From: Candidatus Eiseniibacteriota bacterium
GTDB lineage: Bacteria; Eisenbacteria; RBG-16-71-46; DASYSL01
Assembly (NCBI GenBank): GCA_031431875.1
Contig: JANPEF010000144.1
Location: 1-52,194 of the forward strand
Length of the DNA: 52,194 nucleotides
Reading direction: 5' to 3'
Below, in pieces: positions 18,310 to 27,584 of this stretch (its first letter is position 1; each line of letters opens with the position of its first letter). A program made the translations under genes and the position numbers. The notes below the pieces were generated by a model that saw nothing but the letters and a program-made list of their open reading frames with translations, had not been told where the DNA came from and searched no databases.

Positions 18310-19787
18310 GCGGGCCTCCGGGCGGCGACGGGACGCATCGCGTCGTAGAGCGCGACATAACGAGGTCCTTGGACCTCCCATGAAAAGTCAGCGGACATTG
18401 CGTTCTTTTGCAATGTCCGCCAGGCCTTTGGCGTGGCGTACGCGCCGAGCGCGTGTTCCATCGCCCAATGCAGCCCATCTCCGGTGTAGTGCTCGAACAC
18501 GAACCCATTGCCCTCGCCAGTCGAGGCCCGAAACGGCTCCACGGTATCGGCCAGCCCGCCGGTGGATCGCACGATCGGAGCGGTGCCATACTTGAGGCTG
18601 TACATCTGGTTCAGCCCGCACGGCTCGTAGCGCGACGGCATGAGGAAGAAGTCGGAGCCCGCCTCGATCAGGTGCGCGAGCTTCTCGCTGAAGCCGGCGA
18701 AGTAGCGCGCCTTGCCCGGGAAGCGCTTCGCGAGGCCGGCGAGAAAGGTCGCGTACTCGTCGGCGCCGCTGCCCAGCGCGACGAAGCGCGCGTCGTGATC
18801 GGTCAGGATCCGCGGGAGCGGATCGTACAGGAGATCGATCCCCTTCTGGTGCGAGAGCCGCGTGACGATCCCGAACACCGGCACGCCCTTCACGTAGGGC
18901 AGCCCCAGCGCAGCGAGCAGCGCCTCCTTGTTCTTCTCTTTCCTGTGCAGGCTCTTTTCGGAGTACTTGGCCGCGAGGAGCGTGTCGGTGCTCGGATTCC
19001 ACACATCGTAGTCGACGCCGTTGAGGATCCCGACGAGATCGCCGGCACGCCGGCGGAGCACGTCGTCGAGCCCGAAGCCGTAGCCCGGCGTCTGGATCTC
19101 CTTCGCGTACGTGGGGCTCACGGTCGAGAGACGATCGGCGAGCAGGAGCCCGGTCTTCAGGAACCCGATCCGGCCGTCGCGCAGGTCGTCCTGGTGCAGG
19201 AGCGCCGTGTCGGGCAGACCAAGCTCGGGCAGGATGCCGGAGCCGAATACGCCCTGGTGCCCCAGGTTGTGGATCGTCAGCAGCGTCTTCGAATGCGCGA
19301 ACAGCCGGTCCCACGCGTAGACCGTGCGCAGGTAGAGCGGCAGCATCGCGGTGTGCCAGTCGTTGAGGTGGAACACGTCGGGCGCCCACGCCCAGCGCTG
19401 GCACATCTCGAGCGCCGCGCGGGTGAGCACCAGAAACCGAAGATGCTCGTCGGGATCCTGCGTGTAGATCCCGTCCCGCGCGAACAGCGCGGGACAATCG
19501 ACGAAGTAGGCGGGCGTGTCGCTGCCGGGGATCGGCGTGGTCTTGACCGAGAAGCTCACCCGGTGCGGGCCGTGCGTGAACTTGATGTCCTGCAGCTCGG
19601 GCACGGGCGTGAAGACGATCTCCAGATTGCGCGCGGCGATCCGTCCGTACAGCGGGAGCACGACGCGGGCGTCATGGCCCTGCGCGGTGAGAAAGCGCGG
19701 CAGCGCGGCCGACACGTCGGCGAGGCCGCCGGTCTTGGCGAACGGCGCCAGCTCGGCGGTGAGGAAGAGGATCTTGAGTGGGGTCAT
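18306..19787 (-). CDS. glgA: Glycogen synthase (GT5)
   Basis: KTGGLADV, HLNDWHT, TIHNL, TVSPTYA, GILNGVD, MPSRYEPCGLNQM. Confidence 0.95.
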   Translation of the reverse strand: MTPLKILFLTAELAPFAKTGGLADVSAALPRFLTAQGHDARVVLPLYGRIAARNLEIVFTPVPELQDIKFTHGPHRVSFSVKTTPIPGSDTPAYFVDCPALFARDGIYTQDPDEHLRFLVLTRAALEMCQRWAWAPDVFHLNDWHTAMLPLYLRTVYAWDRLFAHSKTLLTIHNLGHQGVFGSGILPELGLPDTALLHQDDLRDGRIGFLKTGLLLADRLSTVSPTYAKEIQTPGYGFGLDDVLRRRAGDLVGILNGVDYDVWNPSTDTLLAAKYSEKSLHRKEKNKEALLAALGLPYVKGVPVFGIVTRLSHQKGIDLLYDPLPRILTDHDARFVALGSGADEYATFLAGLAKRFPGKARYFAGFSEKLAHLIEAGSDFFLMPSRYEPCGLNQMYSLKYGTAPIVRSTGGLADTVEPFRASTGEGNGFVFEHYTGDGLHWAMEHALGAYATPKAWRTLQKNAMSADFSWEVQGPRYVALYDAMRPVAARRPA

Positions 19788-20223
19788 GGGTCCTTGGGTC
19801 GAGGGTTCCAGGGGGGCCCGCACGGGGCAGGCGTTCGGCCGGATGATGCCCGATCCGGCAGGCGCTGTCGACCGGGCGGGGTGGGGGCGGTTTGTGGGCG
19901 CGGCGGGCGCGGGCGTCGTGCTCGCGGAGGCACGCCGCCCGTGCGCGCGTCGGCGAAGAATTCGCTCGTTGCGCGCAGAATTCCGTTGACGGGTTTCGAC
20001 GGGCATTCGTGTTCGTGGCTGGCGCAGTGCACGGCGATGCCCCGTGGAGCGCGAAAGATCGCCCAGGAACGCGTGGAGGGATTCCACTCACCCGCGCGCT
20101 CGTCCGGCCTGTGGGCAGGCGTTCAGCGCCGACAAGCGTGCGCCGCGAAATCGTGCGCTATGCTCCCCTCGTCGCCACTTTCGTCGAACCACCGTCGAAC
20201 TCGCCCCCGAAGCGGGACCGACC

Positions 20224-21384
20224 ATGAACGCGATCCGACTCTCCTCACTGGACGACGCAACGCTGCGTCGCGAACTCGCCCGGACCGTCGCCGAAGAGCG
20301 TACCGCTACTGCCAGCGTGCTCGCCCACATCGCCGAGTTCGACGCGCGCCGGCTCTATCTGGTCGAGGCGTGCTCCTCGATGCACGCCTACTGCATGCAG
20401 GTGCTGCACCTCTCCGAGGGCGCGGCCTACAAGCGCATTCGGGCGGCGCGCGCCGCGCGGCGCTTCCCGCGCCTGTTCGTCGAGGTCGCCGTGGGGCGGC
20501 TTCATCTCTCGGCGGTGTGCCTGCTCGCGCCGCACGTGGCGGATGAAAACGTGGATGCGCTGATTGCCGGGGCGACGCACCGCTCGAAGGCGGAGGTCGA
20601 GACGTGGCTCGCGCGGCGTTTCGCACCCGGGACTGCGGCCGGATCCGCTGTTGCGCCGGGCCTGCCGCGGGCCCGGGTGATCGCGGTTCGGCCGATGGCT
20701 CCGGCGCAGCGGCCGGCCGAACTGTCCCCGGGGACAGTCGATCCACTGTTCTCCCCAACCGAACTGTCCCCGGGGACAGTGAATCTGCAGGCCCCTGCGG
20801 TCGCGGCGACCCCACCAGCCGCCCCGGAGACGACCGCCACCCACGTCGTCCACATCCCGATCGACGAGGAAACCCACGCGCTGCTCCGCGAGGTCCAGGG
20901 CCTGCTCGGCCACACGATCCCTTCGGGCGACGTGGGCGCCGTGTTCCGCCGCGCGCTCGAGGTGCTCCGCACCGAACTCCTGCGGCGGAAGGCGGGCGCC
21001 ACGGATCGGCCGCGCAAGCCGGCGCCGCGCGCGGCCGCCGCCGAAGAGCGCACCCGCACGGTCCCCGCCCACGTGCGCCGGGCCGTCTGGACGCGTGACG
21101 CGGGGCGCTGCACGTTCACCAGCGACGCGGGCCGCCGTTGCAGCGCAACCCGGGCGCTTGAGTACGACCACGTCGTACCATTCGCGCGCGGCGGCGAGAC
21201 GACGGTGACGGGCCTGCGCCTGCGATGCCGGGCGCACAACCAGTACGAGGCCGAGCGCGCGTTCGGGAGCGAGCTCATGAGCCGGAAGCGGCAGCAGGCT
21301 CGCGGCGGGCGCAGGCCGCCCCCACCCCTGGCCACGCCCCCCTCGACGGACGCCACGCGACCGCCTAGACTGCGGCTCCCATGA
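20224..21384 (+). CDS. HNH endonuclease (DUF222-like N-terminal region)
   Basis: RRAVWTRDAGRC...RC...EYDHVVPFARGG...LRCRAHN; stop overlaps the next ATG. Confidence 0.85.
   Translation: MNAIRLSSLDDATLRRELARTVAEERTATASVLAHIAEFDARRLYLVEACSSMHAYCMQVLHLSEGAAYKRIRAARAARRFPRLFVEVAVGRLHLSAVCLLAPHVADENVDALIAGATHRSKAEVETWLARRFAPGTAAGSAVAPGLPRARVIAVRPMAPAQRPAELSPGTVDPLFSPTELSPGTVNLQAPAVAATPPAAPETTATHVVHIPIDEETHALLREVQGLLGHTIPSGDVGAVFRRALEVLRTELLRRKAGATDRPRKPAPRAAAAEERTRTVPAHVRRAVWTRDAGRCTFTSDAGRRCSATRALEYDHVVPFARGGETTVTGLRLRCRAHNQYEAERAFGSELMSRKRQQARGGRRPPPPLATPPSTDATRPPRLRLP
20717..20780. repeat. Two 22-nt direct repeats, each containing an 18-bp perfect palindrome
   Basis: CCGAACTGTCCCCGGGGACAGT at 20717-20738 and 20759-20780; encodes ELSPGTV twice. 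Confidence 0.9.
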
Positions 21385-22601
21385 CCACCGTCGTGTTCGT
21401 CGCGCCCTACTTTCTCGAGGCTACGCTCCGCTTCGTCGATGCCGTCGCCCGGCTCGACGACGTGCGACTGGGACTCGTCAGCACCGACCCCGGGCAGCGG
21501 CTGCCGCCCGACCTGCGGCGCCGCATCGCCGCGCACTGGCGGATCGACGATTGCCTCGCGCCCGACCAGTTGGTCGCCGCCGTCGTCGGGCTCGCCGATC
21601 GCATCGGCCGACCCACGCGGCTGATCGGCACGCTCGAGGAATTGCAGGTCCCGCTCGCCATCGCGCGCGAGCGCCTGGGCATCGCCGGCCTGTCCTCCGA
21701 GGCGGCCGCGAACTTCCGCCACAAGGCGCGCATGAAGACCGTACTCGCCGCGCACGGCTTGCCGTGCGCAAGGCACCGACTCGCGGCCACGCGCGAAGAC
21801 GCGCACGCCTTCGCCGCAAGCGTCGGCTATCCACTGGTGATCAAGCCGCCGGCCGGCGCCGGCGCGCGGAACACGTTCCGCGTCGAGGACGCCGGTCAAT
21901 TGGACGCGACACTCGCCGCCATGCCTCCGACCCCCGAGCAGTCAGTTCTCCTGGAAGAGTTCATGACCGGCGAGGAGCATTCGTTCGACGCGATCGTGGT
22001 CGACGGGGTGCCGCGCTGGTGGTCGATATCGCGCTACCGCCCCGGCCCGCTCGAGGTGCTCGAGTACGCGTGGATCCAGTGGGCCGTGCTGCTGCCGCGC
22101 GCGATCGACGGGCCCCAGTACGCGGACATCCGCGACACGGGGTTCGCCGCACTCGAGGCGCTCGGCCTCCGCACCGGCCTCGCCCACATGGAGTGGTTTC
22201 GCCGCCCTGACGGCTCGGTCGCGATCTCGGAAGTCGGCGCGCGCCCGCCCGGCGCCCAGTTCACGAGCCTGCTCTCCTACGCGCACGACACGGACTTCTA
22301 CAGGGTCTGGGCGCGCCTGGCGGCGCTCGAACTCTTCGACGCGCCCGCGCGTCGATATGCCGTCGGCTGCGCCTACCTGCGCGCGCAAGGCGGCGGCCAG
22401 GTGCGCGCCGTGCACGGCGTGCCCGAGGTGGCACGGGAGGTGGGTGCTCTGGTCGTCGAAGCAAAGTTGCCGCAGGCCGGCCAGGCCACCAGCGGCACCT
22501 ACGAAGGAGAAGGCTTCGTCATCCTGCGTCACCCCGACACGGCGGTCGTCGAGCAAGCGCTCGCCCGCGTCATCACCGGCCTGCACGTGGAGACCGCATG
22601 A
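21381..22601 (+). CDS. ATP-grasp domain ligase
   Basis: FRHKARMK, YPLVIKP.AGAG, LEEFMTG.E, AHMEWF, EVGARPPG. Confidence 0.9.
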   Translation: MTTVVFVAPYFLEATLRFVDAVARLDDVRLGLVSTDPGQRLPPDLRRRIAAHWRIDDCLAPDQLVAAVVGLADRIGRPTRLIGTLEELQVPLAIARERLGIAGLSSEAAANFRHKARMKTVLAAHGLPCARHRLAATREDAHAFAASVGYPLVIKPPAGAGARNTFRVEDAGQLDATLAAMPPTPEQSVLLEEFMTGEEHSFDAIVVDGVPRWWSISRYRPGPLEVLEYAWIQWAVLLPRAIDGPQYADIRDTGFAALEALGLRTGLAHMEWFRRPDGSVAISEVGARPPGAQFTSLLSYAHDTDFYRVWARLAALELFDAPARRYAVGCAYLRAQGGGQVRAVHGVPEVAREVGALVVEAKLPQAGQATSGTYEGEGFVILRHPDTAVVEQALARVITGLHVETA

Positions 22602-23815
22602 ACGTCCTGCTCCTGTCGCCCGGCTACCCGGCCGAGATGCCCAAGTTCGTCCGCGGCCTCTCCGAGATCGGCGCGCGCGTCATCGGCCTGGGCGACCAGC
22701 CGCCCGAGGCGCTGCCCGGCGACGTGCGTGCGCGATTGGCCGCGTACGTCAAGGTCGCCGGCTTCCACGACGAGGACGGGATGGTCCGCGAGGCACAGAA
22801 GCTCGCGCAGCACGCACGCATCGATCGCGTCGAGTGCCTGTGGGAGCCGCTCATGATCGGCGGCGCGAAGATCCGCGAGGCGCTGGGACTCCCGGGCCTG
22901 ACGGTCGCCGAGACCGTGCCGTTCCGCGACAAGGAGAAGATGAAGCAGGTCCTCGACGCCGCCGGCATCCGCACGCCGCGCCATGCGAGTGCATTTACCG
23001 CGCACGAAGTGCGCGAGGCTCTTGATCTCATTCAGTATCCCGCCATTCTCAAACCCATCGCCGGCGCCGGCTCCGCCGATACGTTCCGCATCGACGACGC
23101 CGGCCAACTTGATCAGGCGCTGGCGCGCCTGGGTCATGTCGCCGAGGTCAGCGTCGAGGAGTTCATCGACGGCGAGGAGTTCACGTTCGACACCGTGTGC
23201 GGCGGCGGCAAGGTGCTCTACGACAACATCTCGTGGTATCGCCCCCGCCCCTTGATCGCGCGCTCGCTCGAGTGGACGAGCCCGCAAACGATGGCGCTGC
23301 GCGCGCCCGACGCCCCTCACCTGGCCGGCGGCCGGGCGATGGGCTTCGACGTGCTCAAGGCGATGAACTTCACCGACGGCTTCACCCACATGGAGTGGTA
23401 CTTGATGCCCGACGGCGAGGCCGTCTTCGGCGAGATCGCCGCACGCCCCCCCGGCGCGTTCACGGTCGACGTGATGAACTACGCGTGCGACACGGATCTC
23501 TTCCGCGGCTGGGCCGAGGCGATCACCACCGGCCGTCTGTCGCAGCCGATCGAACGCCGCTACAACGCCGTCTCGATCTTCAAGCGCGCGCAAGGCCAGG
23601 GCCGCATCCAGCGCATCGAGGGCCTGGGCCCCCTGCTCGCCGAGTTCGGCCCCGCGATCTGCGCGGTCGACCTGCTGCCCGTGGGCGCCCAACGCCGCGA
23701 CTGGCTGCAGACGCTGGTGTCGGATGGCATGATCATCCTGCGCCACCCCGAACTCGCGCTCTGCTGCGAGATGGCCGATCGCGTGGGAACGGACCTGCAG
23801 ATGTACGCGGGATGA
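22598..23815 (+). CDS. ATP-grasp domain ligase
   Basis: FRDKEKMK, YPAILKP.AGAG, VEEFIDGEE, THMEWY, EIAARPPG. Confidence 0.9.
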   Translation: MNVLLLSPGYPAEMPKFVRGLSEIGARVIGLGDQPPEALPGDVRARLAAYVKVAGFHDEDGMVREAQKLAQHARIDRVECLWEPLMIGGAKIREALGLPGLTVAETVPFRDKEKMKQVLDAAGIRTPRHASAFTAHEVREALDLIQYPAILKPIAGAGSADTFRIDDAGQLDQALARLGHVAEVSVEEFIDGEEFTFDTVCGGGKVLYDNISWYRPRPLIARSLEWTSPQTMALRAPDAPHLAGGRAMGFDVLKAMNFTDGFTHMEWYLMPDGEAVFGEIAARPPGAFTVDVMNYACDTDLFRGWAEAITTGRLSQPIERRYNAVSIFKRAQGQGRIQRIEGLGPLLAEFGPAICAVDLLPVGAQRRDWLQTLVSDGMIILRHPELALCCEMADRVGTDLQMYAG

Positions 23816-23822
23816 ACGCGGG

Positions 23823-24884
23823 GTGAACGCTCACCGCGGCGACACGCTCCGCGCCGTCGCCCTGTGCCTCGTCGCGGCACTCCTGTTCGGCGTCTCGACG
23901 CCCTTCGCGAAGGACTTCCTGCGCTCGGCGGATCCGCTCACGCTGGCCGGACTGCTCTACCTCGGCGGCGCGCTCGCGGTCCTGCCGTGGAGCCTGCGCG
24001 GCGCCTCCCGCACGCTCACGCACACACCGCGCGAGATCCTGCTGCTCGCCGGCGCCGTCGTGTTCGGCGGCATCCTGGGGCCGATCCTCCTGCTGTTCGG
24101 CTTGCGCACGGCGGCGGCCGGCTCGGTGGCGCTGTGGCTCAACCTCGAGACCGTGGCGACCGCGCTTTTCGCATGGGCGCTGTTTCGCGAGCACCTGGGC
24201 GGGCGCGTGCTCGCGGCGATCGGGCTGCTGCTCGCGGGCGGGTTCGTCCTCGCGCTGCCGTTCGATGCGGGGAGCACGCGGGGGGCGCTGCTCGTGGCCG
24301 CGGCGTGCGTGGCCTGGGGTCTCGACAACAACTGCACGGCGCTCATCGCGGGCTACACGCCCGCCCAGACCACGCTGATCAAGGGCGTCGCCGCCGGCAC
24401 GATCAACCTGGGGCTCGGTCGGCTCATCGGGGAAGCGCACCCGGCTGCTCCGATCGTCGGCAGCGCCCTGCTCGTCGGCGGCCTTGCCTACGGCGTCTCG
24501 ATCCTGCTCTACATCCAGGGCGCGCAGATGCTGGGCGCGACGCGCTCGCAGTTCCTGTTCTCGACGGCCCCCTACTTCGGACTGGTCGGCGCGTGGACCG
24601 TGTTCCGCGAACCGGTCCTGCCGGCCCAGGTCATCGCGGCAGCGGTCATGGCCGGCGGGATCGCGCTCCTGCTCACCGGCAGCCATGCGCACGACCACGC
24701 GCACGAGCCCGTCGAACACACGCACGAGCATCGCCACGACGACGGGCATCACGACCACGCACATCCAGGGCTCGCCGCCGCCACGCGACACACGCATCCG
24801 CACGAGCATGCGCCGCTCGTGCACGTGCACCCGCACGCGCCGGACCTGCATCACCGGCACGGGCACCCGGCGGGACCCGTCTAA
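23823..24884 (+). CDS. EamA/DMT family transporter with His-rich C-terminal tail
   Basis: About 10 hydrophobic segments, WGLDNN motif, tail HAHDHAHE...HTHEHRHDDGHHDHAH...PDLHHRHGH. Confidence 0.88.
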   Translation: MNAHRGDTLRAVALCLVAALLFGVSTPFAKDFLRSADPLTLAGLLYLGGALAVLPWSLRGASRTLTHTPREILLLAGAVVFGGILGPILLLFGLRTAAAGSVALWLNLETVATALFAWALFREHLGGRVLAAIGLLLAGGFVLALPFDAGSTRGALLVAAACVAWGLDNNCTALIAGYTPAQTTLIKGVAAGTINLGLGRLIGEAHPAAPIVGSALLVGGLAYGVSILLYIQGAQMLGATRSQFLFSTAPYFGLVGAWTVFREPVLPAQVIAAAVMAGGIALLLTGSHAHDHAHEPVEHTHEHRHDDGHHDHAHPGLAAATRHTHPHEHAPLVHVHPHAPDLHHRHGHPAGPV

Positions 24885-25039
24885 CCCCACCCCCGCCGCC
24901 TCCGCCACCCCCCCCGAATGCGATCCACAGCGTTTCCCCCGTTATGCAGTAGAATTGCTCTTCCCCCGTACGTGGCAGAGCCTGCTCCACGAGCGCACCC
25001 GCGTTCGCGGTGGACGGCCATGAAACGGAGAATCTTGCC

Positions 25040-27457
25040 ATGCATCAGCCCGAAGCAGCCCCACGCACGCCATTCGCGCTCCCAGTCGCACTGCTTGCCC
25101 TCGTCCTCCTTGTCGCAACCCCCCGACCGACGCTTGCCCAGGAGCTCGATCGAGACCTCTGGGTTCTCGGTTCCGGATCCGTCCGGGCTTCCGCGGTGTC
25201 GAACGGAATTCTCTACATCGGGGGTTCGTTCAACTACGTCGGACCGAACTCCGGAAATGCCGGCGCGATCGATGCGGCCGGCACGACGCTTGCCGGGTTC
25301 CCGCGGGTGAAGGGAAACGTGAACGCGATCGCCGCCGATGGCATCGGCGGCTGGTACCTGGGCGGAGACTTCGACTCCGTCGGGACCTTCGCCCGTGCGC
25401 GGCTTGCGCACGTGGATGCGGCCTTCCAGGTCACGGCGTGGAATCCATCCGCGGATGCGACGGTCCATTGCCTCGCGCCGCGCGGAACGACGGTCCTCGT
25501 CGGCGGTGCCTTCCTCAATGTCGGTGGACTCCCGCGCAACAGGATCGCGGCTCTCGATGCATCCATCGGGTCGGCAACGGCGTGGAATCCCTCGGCGAAC
25601 AACGACGTGCGCGCGCTCTGCTGGATCGACGACACGGTCTATGCCGGGGGTGACTTCCAGACGATCGGGGGGCAGTCCCGGAGCAACCTCGCCGCGCTCG
25701 ATGCGACGCTCGGCAGTGCCACGGGATGGAGTCCGGCGCCAAACGGCGGGGTCCGGGAACTCGCCCTCGGGAGCGGCGGGACGATCTACGTCGGCGGTTC
25801 GTTCGGGAACATCGGCGGACAGCCGCGTCGCTATCTCGCCCGGATCAACCGCGGCACCGGACTGGCGACCTCGTGGAATCCCTCGCCGGAGGTCTCCATC
25901 GAGGCCCTCGCCGTCCGGGGGGACACCGTCTTCGTTGGCGGGGGGTTCAACTCGATCGGCGCGACGACCCGCGGGGGTGGCGCGTCGTTCGACTGCACGA
26001 CGGACGCGATCACACCGTGGGATCCGTTGGCGGACTATACGATCAGCAACTTCGCCTTCGCGGGGGACCAGGTCTATGTTGCCGGGTTCTTCACCCAGAT
26101 CGGCGGAGCGCGTCGGCACAGCCTCGCCGCGCTCGATCCGATCACCGGCATCGCCACCGCGTGGAGCCCGAGCGCCGGCGGTGCGGCCGCGGCGATCGCC
26201 GTCCAGGGCGGCGTCATTTGCACCGGTGGAAACTTCCAGAGCCTGGGCGGCCAGGCCCGGTCCAGTCTCGCCGCACTCGACCTGGCGAGCGGTGCGGCCA
26301 CGAACTGGAATCCCTCGGTCGAGGGCGGCGGCGTGCTGACGTTGGTCGTCGACGGCGAAAGGGTGATCATCGGCGGGAACTTCGCGAGCATCGGCGGATT
26401 GCCGCGGGCCGCAATCGGCGCGATCGACCTTGTGACGGGAACACCGACACCATGGAATCCGACTGCGGACGACTGGGTCCAGGACCTCGTCGTCGTCGAG
26501 GGAACCGTCTATGCCGGCGGCCTGTTCCGGCAGATCGGCGGCGAAGAGCGGACCTATCTCGCGGCGCTTGATGGGACCACCGGGCAGGCGACCGCCTGGA
26601 ACCCCGCCGCCGATGAGGCGGTGATCGCGCTCGCGGTCCGCGGCCCCACGCTCTACGTGAGCGGAGGGTTCACCACTCTCGGGGGCCAGTCCCGGGCCGG
26701 CCTCGGTGCGGTCGATCTCCAGTCGGGCCTCGCCACCGCGTGGAATCCCGACGGCGGAGGCGTCCGGACAATCGCGATCGGGGGCAGCACGGTGTACCTC
26801 GGGGGACACTTCGCCTTCGTCGGCGGGGAACCGCGGAACTCGATCGCCGCCGTCGACGCGACCTCGGGCGCGGTTCTCCCGTGGAATCCGTCGGCGGGCA
26901 ATGCCGTCGAGGCGATCACGATTCAAGGCAACCGGGTCTACGCGGGAGGCTGGTTCTCGACCATCGGTGGCCAGTCCCGCTCCCGCGTCGCTGCACTCGA
27001 CATGGCGACGGGTCTCGCAACCCCATGGAACCCCTCCGCGAGCAGCATCGTCTTTTCCCTGACGACCAACGGGAACGATGTCTACGTGGGTGGACAGTAC
27101 CTGCGCATCGGGGGCGACACGGGCCGCAAGGGAATCGGCGGGTTCACCGACCCGGCGACCGTGAGCGTCGAGCCGCCGACCGGCGGGAAGCGCCAGCTCG
27201 CCTTCGTCGGGGCAATTCCGAACCCCGTCGTCGCCGCGACGACACTCGCGTTCGACCTGCCGCACGCGGCGTCCGTGACGATCGAGTTGTACGATGTCGC
27301 CGGACGTCACGTGGCGACGCCGGCGCGCGATCGCGCGTTCGCGGCGGGACGACAGTCCATCGCGATCGAAGCGAAGGCGCTCGCGCCGGGCGTCTATTAC
27401 GTGCGGGTGTTCGCCGGCGACGAGCGCGCCAGCGGTCGGATGGTCGTCCTGCCGTAG
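25040..27457 (+). CDS. Secreted beta-propeller repeat protein with FlgD/T9SS-like C-terminal sorting domain
   Basis: Signal peptide; about 13 repeats of WNP....V..L...G..VY.GG.F..IGG..R..LAALD; C-terminal PNP...ELYDVAGR...LAPGVYYVR. Confidence 0.85.
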   Translation: MHQPEAAPRTPFALPVALLALVLLVATPRPTLAQELDRDLWVLGSGSVRASAVSNGILYIGGSFNYVGPNSGNAGAIDAAGTTLAGFPRVKGNVNAIAADGIGGWYLGGDFDSVGTFARARLAHVDAAFQVTAWNPSADATVHCLAPRGTTVLVGGAFLNVGGLPRNRIAALDASIGSATAWNPSANNDVRALCWIDDTVYAGGDFQTIGGQSRSNLAALDATLGSATGWSPAPNGGVRELALGSGGTIYVGGSFGNIGGQPRRYLARINRGTGLATSWNPSPEVSIEALAVRGDTVFVGGGFNSIGATTRGGGASFDCTTDAITPWDPLADYTISNFAFAGDQVYVAGFFTQIGGARRHSLAALDPITGIATAWSPSAGGAAAAIAVQGGVICTGGNFQSLGGQARSSLAALDLASGAATNWNPSVEGGGVLTLVVDGERVIIGGNFASIGGLPRAAIGAIDLVTGTPTPWNPTADDWVQDLVVVEGTVYAGGLFRQIGGEERTYLAALDGTTGQATAWNPAADEAVIALAVRGPTLYVSGGFTTLGGQSRAGLGAVDLQSGLATAWNPDGGGVRTIAIGGSTVYLGGHFAFVGGEPRNSIAAVDATSGAVLPWNPSAGNAVEAITIQGNRVYAGGWFSTIGGQSRSRVAALDMATGLATPWNPSASSIVFSLTTNGNDVYVGGQYLRIGGDTGRKGIGGFTDPATVSVEPPTGGKRQLAFVGAIPNPVVAATTLAFDLPHAASVTIELYDVAGRHVATPARDRAFAAGRQSIAIEAKALAPGVYYVRVFAGDERASGRMVVLP

Positions 27458-27464
27458 CCCTGCT

Positions 27465-27569
27465 TCAAGCGACAGCGATGGAATCGAGCAGCGCCGCGAC
27501 CCGCGTGTCCAGTTCCCTCGGGTCCGGCGCTGCCCCCGTCTACTGCGCGACGATCCGACCTTCCCGATC
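27465..27569 (-). pseudogene. Remnant of the TlpA C-terminus (paralog of 34343-35071)
   Basis: Translates as DREGRIVAQ*TGAAPDPREL versus intact DREGRIVAQWTGAAPTGAEL (TGG to TAG). Confidence 0.8.
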
Positions 27570-27584
27570 GCACCCGGGACCTCC

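Noticed and set aside
20717..20780. Possible mini-CRISPR array
   Set aside because: Only two 22-nt repeats with a 20-nt spacer, in frame within a CDS, and no cas genes in the window
24885..24916. C-rich tract (possible G-quadruplex on the minus strand)
   Set aside because: Short low-complexity intergenic run in a GC-rich genome with no further support
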